Source: Entomortierella parvispora E1425
Lineage: Eukaryota > Fungi > Mortierellomycota
DNA: 64,000 bases
Assembly: GCA_020891255.1 (NCBI GenBank)
Contig: BQFW01000011.1
Coordinates: 1-64,000, forward strand
Reading direction: 5' to 3'
A program made the position numbers and the translations under genes. The notes beneath the pieces are model-generated. The model made no database searches and was not told where the DNA came from. It saw only the letters and a program-made list of their open reading frames with translations. Below are positions 51,101-63,291 of this stretch, one piece after another (position 1 is the stretch's first letter; each line of letters starts with the position of its first letter).

Positions 51101-52615
51101 TATGGTTTGTATGCAAGCTGCTTCATCATTGGGGGTCGTGGATGCTCCTGAGTCCCTTTCCTTGACTTGAACGAGTATCTTGGCTGATGGCGAGGGATTC
51201 GTGTTCTTTGAAGTGCTAGGTGTAGTGCCTCTCCTGTCTGGTTGCCGTGTGACGATGGGCGTCGTAAAGGCGAGGCAACATTAGAGCCGGGAGAGATGGA
51301 CGAGTCTTGAGGCTGCTCAACCGGAGGCGGCATGGTGATACGTGCTCGTGTCAGGCGAGAGTGCTGTATTGCAGGTGAATCTACCGTCTTGTAGCGGTTG
51401 CTGGTTGACGATGATCGCAACCGAATGATATCCATGGAGTTGCTATAGATAGTTATCAAAACAGTATGATGAATACAAAAATTGGCTCATTTCCTTTCAT
51501 ATCTTGAATCCTGAGCTGTTAAATAGGCTTTACCTGCTGTTGAAAGTCATTTGGAGACTTCTGTTTTGTTGATATCGTTTACAGAGGTCCATAAATCTTT
51601 GGCGAAGAGCGTTAAAGGAAGAGTAGGCAGAATCTGATATCTGACAAGTGCTTGGCGTTTGCAGCTGGTCCGCAAAGACTCGAAGAGCGAGTTCAAATGT
51701 CTTGTCGCAGGTGTTTTTGGATTGGACACGCTCGTGCTCCAGATATTCCGACACAATCGACCTAGGATCTAAAGACGACAGTTATTGTTTAACGTGTGAA
51801 CGGGATGGCAAATCAAGACATTACAGTCGTCTCATTTGTTTCATGCCTTCGCCCTTGCTGTTCATGATGACAGAAAGGCTGGTGACTGGACCAAGCGAAA
51901 AGATGTTCCTGCCGTAGTCATTTGACACCACACAAGCAAGAGCCGTGAGCTGAGCTGATGACAATCCAAGAGTCTGGCAAACATCTGCGCGACTGTAGGC
52001 CAGATGAAGTCCGCGAGAGATGGGTCGCCAGAGCGTGTAGATAGTGCCATATGCAAGCATGTCACTGTCAGCCGATATGACAATGTCCTCTGGCCGGCAG
52101 TCCGCCGCGATGGCAACATCAGCCTCTGTTTCACATATCCGAACAGTCCATCCAGCTTTGTGCAGGTAGTCGATGAATTCTTGGCGAACTGAGGATGGCC
52201 AATAGAAAAGTGATGCAAGGCTCTTCTTCACATCGACGAAATGTCGCTTCCTAGCCTTTTGGTTGTTGGTAACTCGTTGTTCGAGTGCGTCAAGGTTCTT
52301 GTAGCATTTTTAAGCGGCTTTGTCACGGTTGGCCTTTCGTTTTTTTGCTGTCTCTTCTTTCTCCACCGCTGCGCCACCATCAATGTAAAGAATGAGTCTA
52401 TCCTTCCCGCCATAACGCAAAAAGTTTGCTTCAAGGACCTGGTGCGCTTCTTCGGGTGCCTTAAAAGAATATGCGTTGCGGATGATAGAGCAAAACGACA
52501 GTACATCAAGACGTTTTGTACGATCGGTCATAGTTGACTTCACGTTGGAGGGATAAATGACAGAAGGTTCATAGCCCTTTTTGCGCAAAAAGGGGAACCA
52601 ATCTTGTAATCCCAT
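48193..52615 (-). pseudogene. XPG/FEN1-type (PIN + H3TH) nuclease fused to a Fanzor/TnpB-like RuvC nuclease; spliced, with 2 nonsense codons and at least 2 frameshifts
   Basis: N-terminus: MGLQDWF, LDVLS, YIDG..EK..R, TEADVA, SADSD, SNDY..LG. C-terminus: ILTDGFRV, LTLDAGQ, VIIGVGLG, INEYYTSQKCPNC..CTHC, HRDIMAAENM. Confidence 0.8.
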
Positions 52616-53129
52616 TAGAGGCACGATTTGGAGGATGAGTAAAGAGCAGATGATGAAAAAAGTGGAAAACGATGTAGATGTGTAATGGTGCGAAGGGTTG
52701 TCGCTGGTAGCGTGTAATGAGGAGCGTGGGGGAGCGTGGTGGGCTATATAGGAAGAAGGTATATAGAAAGAAGGAGCGCGTATGCGTGCTTGGATGGGCC
52801 AACCGTAGCTCTCAATTCCAGCCAATGAGAGAATTAGGGCGTGGATTGTCCTGGAGCTAAATAATTCGGTGACGTCATCTTTTTTTTTTTTTTATGAGCG
52901 AGCACCAGCGCGCATTTCTTTCCTGCTCCCAATCTCGTGTATACATCCTCTGTTCCTCGTCCTCGAGCTCGAGTAAACGCCAAGGACAAAAAAAAAATGT
53001 CGTTTTCGTGCGGAACCTCGAGTAAACGAACGCTTGGCGTCTAGGGCCACTGAAGTGCATGCATGACGTAAATGTCTTACTCTTTATTTCCTACTGCCTC
53101 AAATCCTCAGTGTTCAAGTTAACTATCAA

Positions 53130-53669
53130 TCATTTGAAATATTCTGATGCAAGAACCTTTCGACCATGCCTCAAAGCAAACTCTTTGTGTGAAAGTCCTC
53201 CGAGATCCTTAGGGTATTTGGTCAAACCATCATATAGGTAGACATACTTGCTTTCGCTGTCCAAGTAACCCGGTAGACCATCTGACGCCAAAGGACCTTT
53301 GCATCTCTTTCCTTGACAACAGAACGATAGAATTGAAACTTCGAAATTTTCTACCGAAAGACTTCGAAAGCAATTATTTCCGAGGGAGGTTGTGTCCTGT
53401 TTTACAGCACAGTCGTAATCCGAGCTCCTTTCGTAGCCAGTGGCAATAGCATCGTAATTGCAATTAGGATTATTTGGAAGATTGTAAACCCATGCGGATG
53501 AGTAAAGTTCATCCTGGCTTTCCGTGCAATACCCGTGCGTGCCATCACCAATGGTGCCATCCAAACTGAGTTCTTCAAATGGGCCATTACAGCTGACCCC
53601 CCAGAATGTTTTGATGGAAACTGCCATCGCAAGAGGAGTCATGAGAAGTGCTAGCACAATTTCTCGCAT
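53130..53669 (-). CDS. Secreted Cys-containing protein of unknown function (179 aa)
   Basis: Signal peptide MREIVLALLMTPLAMA; 8 Cys; clean ORF with upstream TATA-like sequence. Confidence 0.65.
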   Translation of the reverse strand: MREIVLALLMTPLAMAVSIKTFWGVSCNGPFEELSLDGTIGDGTHGYCTESQDELYSSAWVYNLPNNPNCNYDAIATGYERSSDYDCAVKQDTTSLGNNCFRSLSVENFEVSILSFCCQGKRCKGPLASDGLPGYLDSESKYVYLYDGLTKYPKDLGGLSHKEFALRHGRKVLASEYFK

Positions 53670-54529
53670 GATGTTGAGAGTGGTATTAACCTCCTAGTTC
53701 GACATCCAAGTCTGGAATGGAAAAATGAATAAAGGGTGTGTCAATACTTGACTAGGAGGTTAATACTTGAGCAAAGTATTTATACTCCTCATAACTGGTG
53801 AGGATCTTACGTGGAAGCTAGTAGAATGAGGTGAGATGGTGTCTGGTGGAAGAGAGAAAAGAGGTTATATTTATAAGTCTAGTTTATCACCATCACCCTA
53901 TTTCTGAAAAGGCGAAGGGAAATGCAAGGGCTGGAGAATGTGAGCACGCCGAAAATCAATTTATCCAAACACGCTTTAATTGAAGTTTTTCCGACAGTAC
54001 TGATGTTACAGTAGGCTCGAACCCAGCCCCCCTACGAGGTTGTGGGCCACACTGCGAGGAGAGAGGGCTGGGAAAATGCATGCATGCACCCAAACAAATG
54101 AACAAAAAAAAACATTAGGCTCACAGTGTCAGGGGAGTGGTTTCGACTTTGCCCTCGCCCTTGCCTTTTCATTTAAAGAACATTCCCAAGAGGAAGTGTG
54201 TAATACTGAATGCGGGATTTATCTATTTGTCGTCCCATTCAGTTATTTGTCGTCCCATGTCCTCGCAGAGGGTCTGGAGGAAAATGTGGCGCTTTACATA
54301 CTGCAGCCTGCTCCACAAAATTGAGAACGAGAGCGAAAATCTCCCTGAATCTCACATCTAAGTCACCCTCGACGTGATATGGGGCATGCTACTGAGGCGG
54401 TCCGCGTGATGAATCTCATTCTCGACATAGGCTACTGGTTCACTGGAGCCAGTTACGTGGCCGGGCTACCTCCGCACGTGGCTCCCACGATCCTGGGAGG
54501 GGAACGCGACGGGTCTGAGGGCTAGTGTC

Positions 54530-56165
54530 ATGTAACCAAGGTCAGAGATGACCATCTCTGCGACACATTTCCACAACTCCTACTGTACAATGGCCGACCG
54601 CGATTCAAACGGCCATTTTCTGATTCGAGAGGTAAAACTACTACCACTGTACAGTAGGATTTTTTGTGCGATCCAGTTTCCTTTTTGGACCATTTTGGCT
54701 CCGTTTTTCCCTTCTCCCTGGTTCTTTTTTCCTCTTTTCCCTCCCTCCGCGCCAACAACACTCGCATAGACATGGACATGGACCCACCTTCACATAGACC
54801 GACCAACAGCAAGTTGCATTCATCCGGATCAAGCGCGCCATCTGCTCCGTCCTTGTCATCCACATTGTCGACCCCGGCCTCACATCTTGGACACGGATGC
54901 ATCTGTCTTTGCCTTTAATACAGGGCGGAATTAATCCACCTATGAGCTGTCATTCATGCCATGCGAACCTGGCGCTACTACCTTGACGGCACCAAATTCA
55001 CCATCAACACGGGCCATGCTACACTCGTCGACAGGCTTATTGTATGGTTGTTGCAGGAGCACGGCTTTGACTTCTACAAACGAGGACTCGACATGTTGTG
55101 CCCAACGCTCTATCGCGCCTACCGGAGTGCCACGACCTGAACCTCCATGTCTATCCCTATCCTCCGTCATCCGCTACCAGCTTGTGCAGGACTACGAGAG
55201 CGACGCTCGCCTCGGACCCATCTATAAGGACTACCTGGAAGGAAGGGTTGCCAATGGATATCGATACGAGAACGACCTCCTCTACTTCGCTCGACGATGA
55301 GTTACTACCTCTAGCCATACCTCGGCTCTCTCCCGTCCGCCTCACTCTCTTGCACGACGCCCACGACTCTGCCACCGGTGGACACTTTGGATTTCAGATG
55401 ATCTACGATAACCTGCGCCGCTTTATGTGTTGGCCGCACATCGTCGAGGACCAGCAATGCGTTGCCACTGGCGAAAAGTGCCAGAGGAACAAAAGATCTC
55501 GGGAGCGACCCGTGGGACTGTTGCAACCCCTCCCCATCCTCTCTCAGCGCTGGGACGTTGTCAGCATGGACTTACCTTGGCCCTCTTCCACCCACAGCCC
55601 GCAATTTCAACACCATCATGGTCTTTGTCGCAAGCTTACCAAACTCGCACGCTTCGTTCCCAACACCACTTCCGCCACAGCTGTCGATGTTGCTCATCAG
55701 TTCTTCAACAATACCTTCAAGTTGCATGGCCTCCCCACATCCATCATCTCAGATCGCGACACACGATTTACCAGCCGCTACGGGCAGCAGTTGCACAAAC
55801 TGCTGGATGTGAAGCTAGCTCTCTCTTCGGCCTATCACCTACAGACGGATGGACAGACAGAGGTGATGAACAAGACGCTGAAGACTATGTTATGGGCCTT
55901 CGTTGACAATAAACAGTCGAACTGGGACCAGCTACTTCCATCGCTGGAGTTTGCTGACAACGGCGCTGTCAACGCTTCCACCGGTTACTCTCTGTTCTTT
56001 CTCAACACTGGCCACTCAATGTGCCAAGCAGCACAGTCCCCGCCGTCGACAGTTTTCTCACGGAGCAGGCGACGACGCTCATCCTCGCCCAGGACGCACT
56101 ACAGCGTGCTCAGGATCAACAGGGAGAGCAGGCGTACAAGCGACGACGTAACCACCAATTCAAAG
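54530..56165 (+). mobile_element. Internally deleted, degenerate Ty3/Gypsy derivative (leader, RNase H end, integrase)
   Basis: HDAHDSATGGHFGF..C..CQRNK; SIISDRD; SAYHLQTDGQTE; frameshifted. Confidence 0.8.
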
Positions 56166-59100
56166 TTTCCACAACAGCAACATCATACTTTTTGTTCATT
56201 GCTAAGGCTCAGTCGACTTCATAGTCTTCATCGCTCTCCGTGTTATCCACGACGACAACACTACTCTCCCCCTGCGAAGAGGGCGAATGCCGCGTGCTTC
56301 TCGCGTGCTTCCTTTGCGTCATCGACTGGTCTTCTTCTCCATTACCACCTCACCCTTCCCCATTCCATTAGCAGATGCAGTAACAGTCGGGAGAGCATGT
56401 CCTTCATTAAATCCCATCACAATATCTTTCTGTATATCGTTTGGCGCTATAGTCTGCGTGGCTGCTGCGAGCTCAGCTGAACCATGAATGCGTTGCAGCA
56501 TGTCTTGTCGACTTTCGGGAAATACTTGTTCGTTTGCACATCATGTAATTGTGGGCACTACGCCGTCGTGAGCAGCTCACGACGTCTCATCCAGTATCGG
56601 ATTTCTGGTCCCCAACTGATGGATTGTGTTTTCACCACTCGGATCCACTTTCGCGGTGCTTCCGAGTGTAGATCCTTCCTTTTCAAACTCAATTAGTCTA
56701 TAATAAAAAAAAAATGTAATATTTTGGTACTAACAAGAAGTAATTGGGACAAAGAGAAGGATCTGAACTGACCCTCTGGCTCCAGAGTGGCTTAGCACGG
56801 CTCCTGTCATCTTGCTTTACTATCTGACATGAACAGGTATTGCTATTCACGTAATCGGGTAGAAGAACATTATTTACACGTTGAAACGTTGACCAAGTGA
56901 TCTTTATTGTGGTCTGCAGTTGGCTTAAGTGCTTGCAGAGCCATTTGTCATGTAGTTACGTTAGCAGTTTCTACGAGTGTTCGTCAACTATTATAATATT
57001 GTTTGGGCCATTGGTCATAACTACTTGATCTAGGGGAACTCTTTGATCATCTTTCCATATGCCGCACAATTTCCTCCCCAATATCCCAAAAGTTATTTGA
57101 ATGGAATAATTCCCCATCAGGATATTGATCGAACGTGTCCCCATTCCCTCAAAGAAGCCATTCTCTTCAACCAGTTCGCCACCATCAGTGCTTGAAAAGC
57201 CCTTGTAGGTGCCGCTATATCGTCCGCCGCATAGGCCATACTCCTCTTGGGTCATGTTGACAATGACAATCTTCATTTTAAATAAACCGATTCCTGGTAA
57301 AAATAGGAGAGGACGGGATTTTGATCAGAAAACCAGGAATGTGTGGAAACATGTGTGATTAGGAAACTTACGTTGGATTTTCAGCTGTCCGTGGTTGATG
57401 TTTAAGATTTGAGGTGAATTAGGAACCGATGCGAAAAATGGAGTGGGAAAGAAAATAAGATGGCAAAAAAAAGATTTGCATCTTCGACAAAAAACTGGAT
57501 GGGATTGCCATGTGACCTTTGCATTCTACAGGGGCAGGTGATAAAAGGAAAATGGTGGTGCATGCTTTTGCTCTTGCACTCGCACGTTGCATTGCCTGAG
57601 ATTTGTTGCGGCGCATGATTTTTGCCACAATGTGGTGACGAAGAGGCAGAGCAAGCAAACAGCAGCTCGATCATCCCCAGAAGTTTCTCGCAAGCGCAAC
57701 CTGGCTTGATCATTAAGGTTGACCCAATGAGAGGGAAAGGTGGGGCAAACATTTCCCCTCGCCCACTGCTGCAGCAGCAGGGCTTGATGATTAAGGTTGG
57801 GCCAATGAGAGGGAAAGTCTTTGTGCACAGTGTCTCCGAGGTGCCCTGTGCGATGTTGGAGCAAGTATTGCCGCTCGCCCTTGGCTTGATGATTAAGGTT
57901 AAGCCAATGAGAGGGAAAGTCTTTGTGCGCAGCGTCTCTGAGGCATAGATGCAGCGTTAGACTATTTAGAAGAGATTTCCAGCGGCGTTGCTTGTTCTCA
58001 GTGAATATTTTTCTCGCCTTTGTCTTCGCCCTAGTCCATACTTTTTCCCTTGCCTTTTCACTGAATCACGAAGTAACCAAAAAACACCAATGAAAAACAG
58101 ACGGGAGCGTCGGATGACAAACATGAGTATTGGACAAAAAGCGAGCGGTGTTGGTTTGGGACAATAGCGAATGGGATGGAAAGATTATCCATGAGGGCGA
58201 AAATGGCTGAAAGAGGACGATAACAGTACACAATACAAACCCCAGAGGAGAGGGATCATACCAGCCGGTCAATTGGCGAAGACGATCATATTGGAGTAAC
58301 GACATACGACATTACTGGCGGCATATTGCTGAGCAGGAGGAAGTGGATTCTGTGCCATTCAAAGTGGTCAAGGCTGTAAAAGCCCCGTCGATAAAGAGAA
58401 AGCCTGGCGAAAAGAAAAGGGTACAAGCAAGAACAGAAGTCGACGTGGTCGAGTTTCACGAACATGCTGCCGACTGCCCGATCATACGGTCTCATACGAC
58501 AAATACATTTCTTTTTTTCGTTTCTCTGTAGTGTCAAATCCTGACCATGGAAATGACTGAGAGTCGGCTGTAGAGTCCCGGACAACAGAACGCATTCTTC
58601 ATATGTCCTTCGACTGAACTGAGGTTTGAATGGATGCCTCCTGAGCGCAAAGAGAGCCTTTGTACAACAGCACCTGAATGAATTGGGAGAGTATACAGCA
58701 AAAATATAAAGAATGCGTTCTGTTGTCCTGGACTCTACAGTATGTGCCGAGGTCCACGAGTTCTCAAGCTCAGAAATGGCGTATAGAACAATCATTCATT
58801 CACAGCGATGCCTGAATGCCGTTAGCCGTGCAGCTTCTAGATCCAAAATCGTACTCTGCAAGGATCAAATCAGCACTTGATCTCTGCCGATAGAAGAAAG
58901 GCTATCGGGTCTCTCTCTCGAAAGAAGGTATTGAGGGTTCCGCATGAGGAGAACCTGTGTCATGCATGCACTGTTGGAAATGTCCAGGGAACAAAGATAA
59001 AATAAAGCGAGCCCGTGCACAATACTGCTCTATGTGGTTTCCACGCCAGCCAGAGATCACCACTGTAAGTTAAACATCTGGTTGAGTTTTGGCCATCCAG

Positions 59101-59213
59101 CTGACTGGGGGTTAGTGCTTTGCTTTGCATGGGCGTCGAAAAATCTCAGAACCCTTGTGCAAATGACCAATATTTGCAGGGGAACAATTTTTTTTACCTT
59201 ATCTCACGTCTCT

Positions 59214-59348
59214 CTTCCCTTGCCTCACTTCTTTCTTCCTCACTTTTTTCTTCCTTTGCCTCACTTCTTTCTTCCTTTGCCTCACTTCTTTCTTCCATTG
59301 CCTCACTTTTTTCTTCCCTTGCCCCATTTTTTTCTTTCTTTGCCTCAT
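59214..59348. repeat. 21 bp minisatellite (CTTCCTTTGCCTCACTTCTTT) x ~6
   Basis: Read directly from the sequence. Confidence 0.85.
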
Positions 59349-60599
59349 CATTGCCTGTCTGATCTCCAGCACCAAGTCCTCCGTCTCTACCATTTCACAA
59401 GAGTTTTTTCCTTGTTTTTTCCAGGACATCCACTATCAGGTACTTGGAGTATTTGGAGGCAGGAATTGAACAAAATATTGCTTGAAAAACTTGACTGTCT
59501 CTACCCTTGCGATCTGACAATAAAGAAGGACCACAGTTTACCTCTGTACTTTAGTTCGTTACATCGCCTTGAAGAATGATCAGCCATAGGAGCCATTCAA
59601 ACTTCCTCATTTTGGACGACGATACCCGATCAATTTGGCTGCAGTTGTCAAATGAACTTAACGACAGAGCCTGTTGAAGATCATTTGGACCAAATAATTA
59701 TAGGTTCGAATCCATCATCGACAATGGGTCATGTATCTCTTACCCACGACAGCGGGTATTGTTCATTGCTTCGAAAATGTGGTGATGATACACAGATCAC
59801 GGAGCGACATAGCCGCAGGACCTGACGAAATCAGTATCTACAGTGCAGTAATGGGTCTCGTCCGAGTGGAAGATTCTTTTAAGACCCAGTAAACTTTACT
59901 GAGTCTAACTGTGATCTCCACATCGGAACGCAGACGGATCACCTTCATATTTGTCTCTACTACCCACTGACAATGGTTAATATGGGTGTTGCTCAGATTC
60001 CCGCTTTTGCACGATGCTGATGCTCTTACGGAAGATTTACTCACGTTCACAATTTAGTTGTAAAATGGGTTCTCAACTTCTTTCGTGCGTCCTAACTGCG
60101 AAGACTCCGATATCAAGGCTATGGCCCTGTAATAAAAATGCGTTTCAAACAATGTAGACTCTATAACAAATATGTGTCAGGGCCAGTTAACAACCTTGCA
60201 CCAACCTCACATCCATCCTCACATACCCAACCTCACACACCAATCCTTACACACCCAACCTCACAATCTTTCCATTCCATTGTCCCACTCATTCAGGCGT
60301 AATCCCTTTAGCAGACACTAATCTGAATGAACTACGTGCAGACCACTTTTTTCGAGGATGTCTTTCTTCTTTAAATCCGCCTCCACTCCATTAATCCATT
60401 TATTCCCCTCTTTATTTTTTCACCAATTCATTAGCCAGATCAGCAACAGTCACTTTCTTTTCTTCTCTTTGAACAGGTAATGATTTAAAGCCAGCGTTTG
60501 CCAGCGTTTTTATTGAAAGGAAAGATTAGCTCTTCTGCTTTTTTGAGCAGTCGTCATCACTGCCGCCATAGTCATCAACAGTGCGCATCCGAGCATTCT

Positions 60600-62250
60600 T
60601 AAGCATATTCCTGGTGATTCTGAACGCACTGGAGTGCATCTTGGGCAAGGATGAGCGTTGTGGCCTGCTCCGTGAGAAAACTGTCGACGGTGGGGACTGG
60701 CCTGCTCGGCACACTGAGAAGCGCTGTTGGGAGACGAGGGTGTTGACCAGTGTCGAGGAAGAACGGAGAGTAGCCAGTGGAAGCGTTGATAGTTACTGTA
60801 GGCAAACTCTAGCGAAGGAAGTAGCTGGTCCCAGTTCGACTGCTTGTTGTCAACGAAGGCCCGTAACATAGTCTTCAGCGTCTTGTTCATCACCTCTGTC
60901 TGTCCATCCGTCTGTAGGTGATAGGCCGAAGAGAGAGCTAGCTTCACATCCAGCAGTTTGTGCAACTGCTGCCCGTAGCGGCTGGTAAATCGTGTGTCGC
61001 GATCTGAGATGATGGATGTGGGGAGGCCATGCAACTTGAAGGTATTGTTGAAGAACTGATGAGCAACATCGACAGCTGTGGCGGAAGTGGTGTTGGGAAC
61101 GAAGCGTGCGAGTTTGGTAAGCTTGCGACAAAGACCGTGATGGTGTTGAAGTTGAGGGCTGTGGGTGGAAGAGGGCCGATGAAGTCCATGGTGACAACAT
61201 CCCAGTACTATGAGGTGGTGGAGACGGGCTGCAGCAACCCTGCAGGTCGCTCCTGAGATCCTTTGTTCCTCTCGCTCTTTTTGCAAGTGGCAACGCATTG
61301 CTGGTCCTCGACGATGTGCGGCCAACACACAAAGAGGCGCAGGTTGTCATATATCTTCTGAAATCCAAAATGTCGAGCGGTGGCGGAGTTGTGGGCGTCG
61401 CGCAGGATAGTGAGGCGGACGGGGGAGTGCCTAGGTACGGCTAGAGGTAGTAGCTCCTCGTCGAGTGAAGTTGAGGAGGTCGTTCTCGAACCAATATCCC
61501 TCGGCGACCCTTTCTTCCAGGCAGCCCTTATAGATGGGTCCGAGGCGAAGGTCGCTCTTCTAGTCTTGCACAAGCTAGTCGCAGACGTCGGAGGACAGGG
61601 ACAGACTGAGGTTGTGGAGCTCAATGGAGATTCAGGGACGTGGCACTTCGGTAGGCGCGAGATAGCGTCGGGCATAACCATGTCAACTCCTCGCTTGTAG
61701 AAGTCAAAGTCGTGATCTTGCAATAACTATCCAGTAATACTCTCGACGAGTTTCCCATGGTCAGTGTTGACGGTGAATTTGGTGCCCTCGAGGAAGTAGC
61801 GCCAGGTTCGCAGGGCATGAATGACAGCTGTAGCTCCTGGGCATGGATGGATTAGCTCCGCTCAACTGGTGCATTTTTCTGGAAGCAGATGAGCGTTGCC
61901 ATCTTAATTCAGCTAGAGCAGCACTGCATCCATGACGAAACCAGATGCATCTGTGTCAACGATGGTAATGAGGCCAGGGTTGACGATGCGGAGGACGATG
62001 GCACAAATGAATGCAGCTTTTTGCTGTCGGTCGGTCCATGTGAAGCTCGGTCCATGTCCATGTCCAGGTGAGTGTTGTTATTGGCCAGGAGGGAAAAAAG
62101 AGAGAGGAAAAAAAAGAGGGGAGGGAAAAAAACGGAGCTAAAATGGCCCAAAAAGGAAACTGGATCGCACAAAAAAACAACGATTTTCGATCCCATCCCT
62201 TGGTCCCGTCACCGTCTAGTCTCGTCACCATCCCCTCCACCGGTTCACAG
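60600..62250 (-). mobile_element. Second copy of the deleted Ty3/Gypsy derivative, inverted relative to 54530-56165
   Basis: Long near-identical stretches; TDASGF RNase H motif; integrase core. Confidence 0.8.
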
Positions 62251-62689
62251 GAGAGTCACAAGTGCTGACGCACCTGCCTTTTTGGGCAGCTCTCATTCCC
62301 ACTCTTTTGACCTTGATACAAAGCCCTTCCGCCGTCCCCATTTCCCAGGTTATTTGTTTATGTTTTCGCTAAGAAAAGAGCTCTTCATGAAAACGAAGGT
62401 ATAAACTAGCACGCTCTGGAGGGGAATGGGAGTGGAATAACCCGCCTCAACTCTGGCTGCCCGAGATATTCCTTGAGCGTGTAGGAGGAAGCTTGGTACC
62501 TTTCTTTGAAACGCTTGATATATTGAGGAAGGCTATTTAGAACGCCTTTCAATAACGCAATTCGAGGTTTTCGTGACCAGTTATGGAGATTTTATATGGT
62601 GGATGTGGATGGTCGTCGTTGCAGAGAGCTTTTTGAGAGGGAAGGAACTGCAGTATTGGAAAAAAATATATACAATGTTGCGAACGAGA

Positions 62690-63200
62690 GCGGGTCATAT
62701 CGCCAGCTCTGCTACCGTTACGAATCTGAAAGAGAGTAGAAGAGCAGAGGAATCTATTGCCCTCCAAGGATGGCGAAGAGCAGGCCCAGACACAGCAGCA
62801 AATCCTGATAGCACCAGAACCCGGATTGTTCAAGGACACCGAAGAACAAGTCCAGACACAAGAACAAACTATGACAATACGAGAACCCATATCCGAAGAG
62901 GAGGTCTTCGCACAAACACAGCATCGAACCAATATGTAGAAATGACCTCTCTGGGCAACTCAAGCTACAAGGCGTGAAAGCCATATTTTTTACATGTGCT
63001 AGAACTAATCTGTAGAAAAGACCACTCTTGGAAACCCTGAATACACGGTGTGAAAGACAAATTTTTACATGCGCTAGAATCAATATGCAGAGAAGACCAC
63101 TCTGGGAGCCCATGCTACATGGCGTGAAAGCCATATTTTTTACATTCCCTAGAAGTCATGGACACCTGAAGTGTGACTGTTAGAGTCCATCCCATCCATC
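62690..63200 (-). repeat. Inverted copy of the 36190-36660 repeat with ~75 bp tandem units
   Basis: Direct sequence similarity on the minus strand. Confidence 0.7.
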
Positions 63201-63291
63201 AATCCATCCTCCTGTCCATCAACCATTCATCCAGCAGCCAGCCCCTCCCTCCATCTTGTGTCTCAGCGTCCAATCCCTCCGTCGCGCAATC

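Noticed and set aside
54350-54525. GNAT-like fragment (MGHATEAVRV)
   Set aside because: Too short, with no supporting motifs
57703-57945. 37-bp repeats as a mini CRISPR array
   Set aside because: Unequal spacers (41 and 65 nt) that partly repeat each other; only three units
59450-60130. Degenerate LINE reverse transcriptase (RRYPINL..LLKIIWTK)
   Set aside because: Many stops and only one weak motif; no YADD-type signature seen
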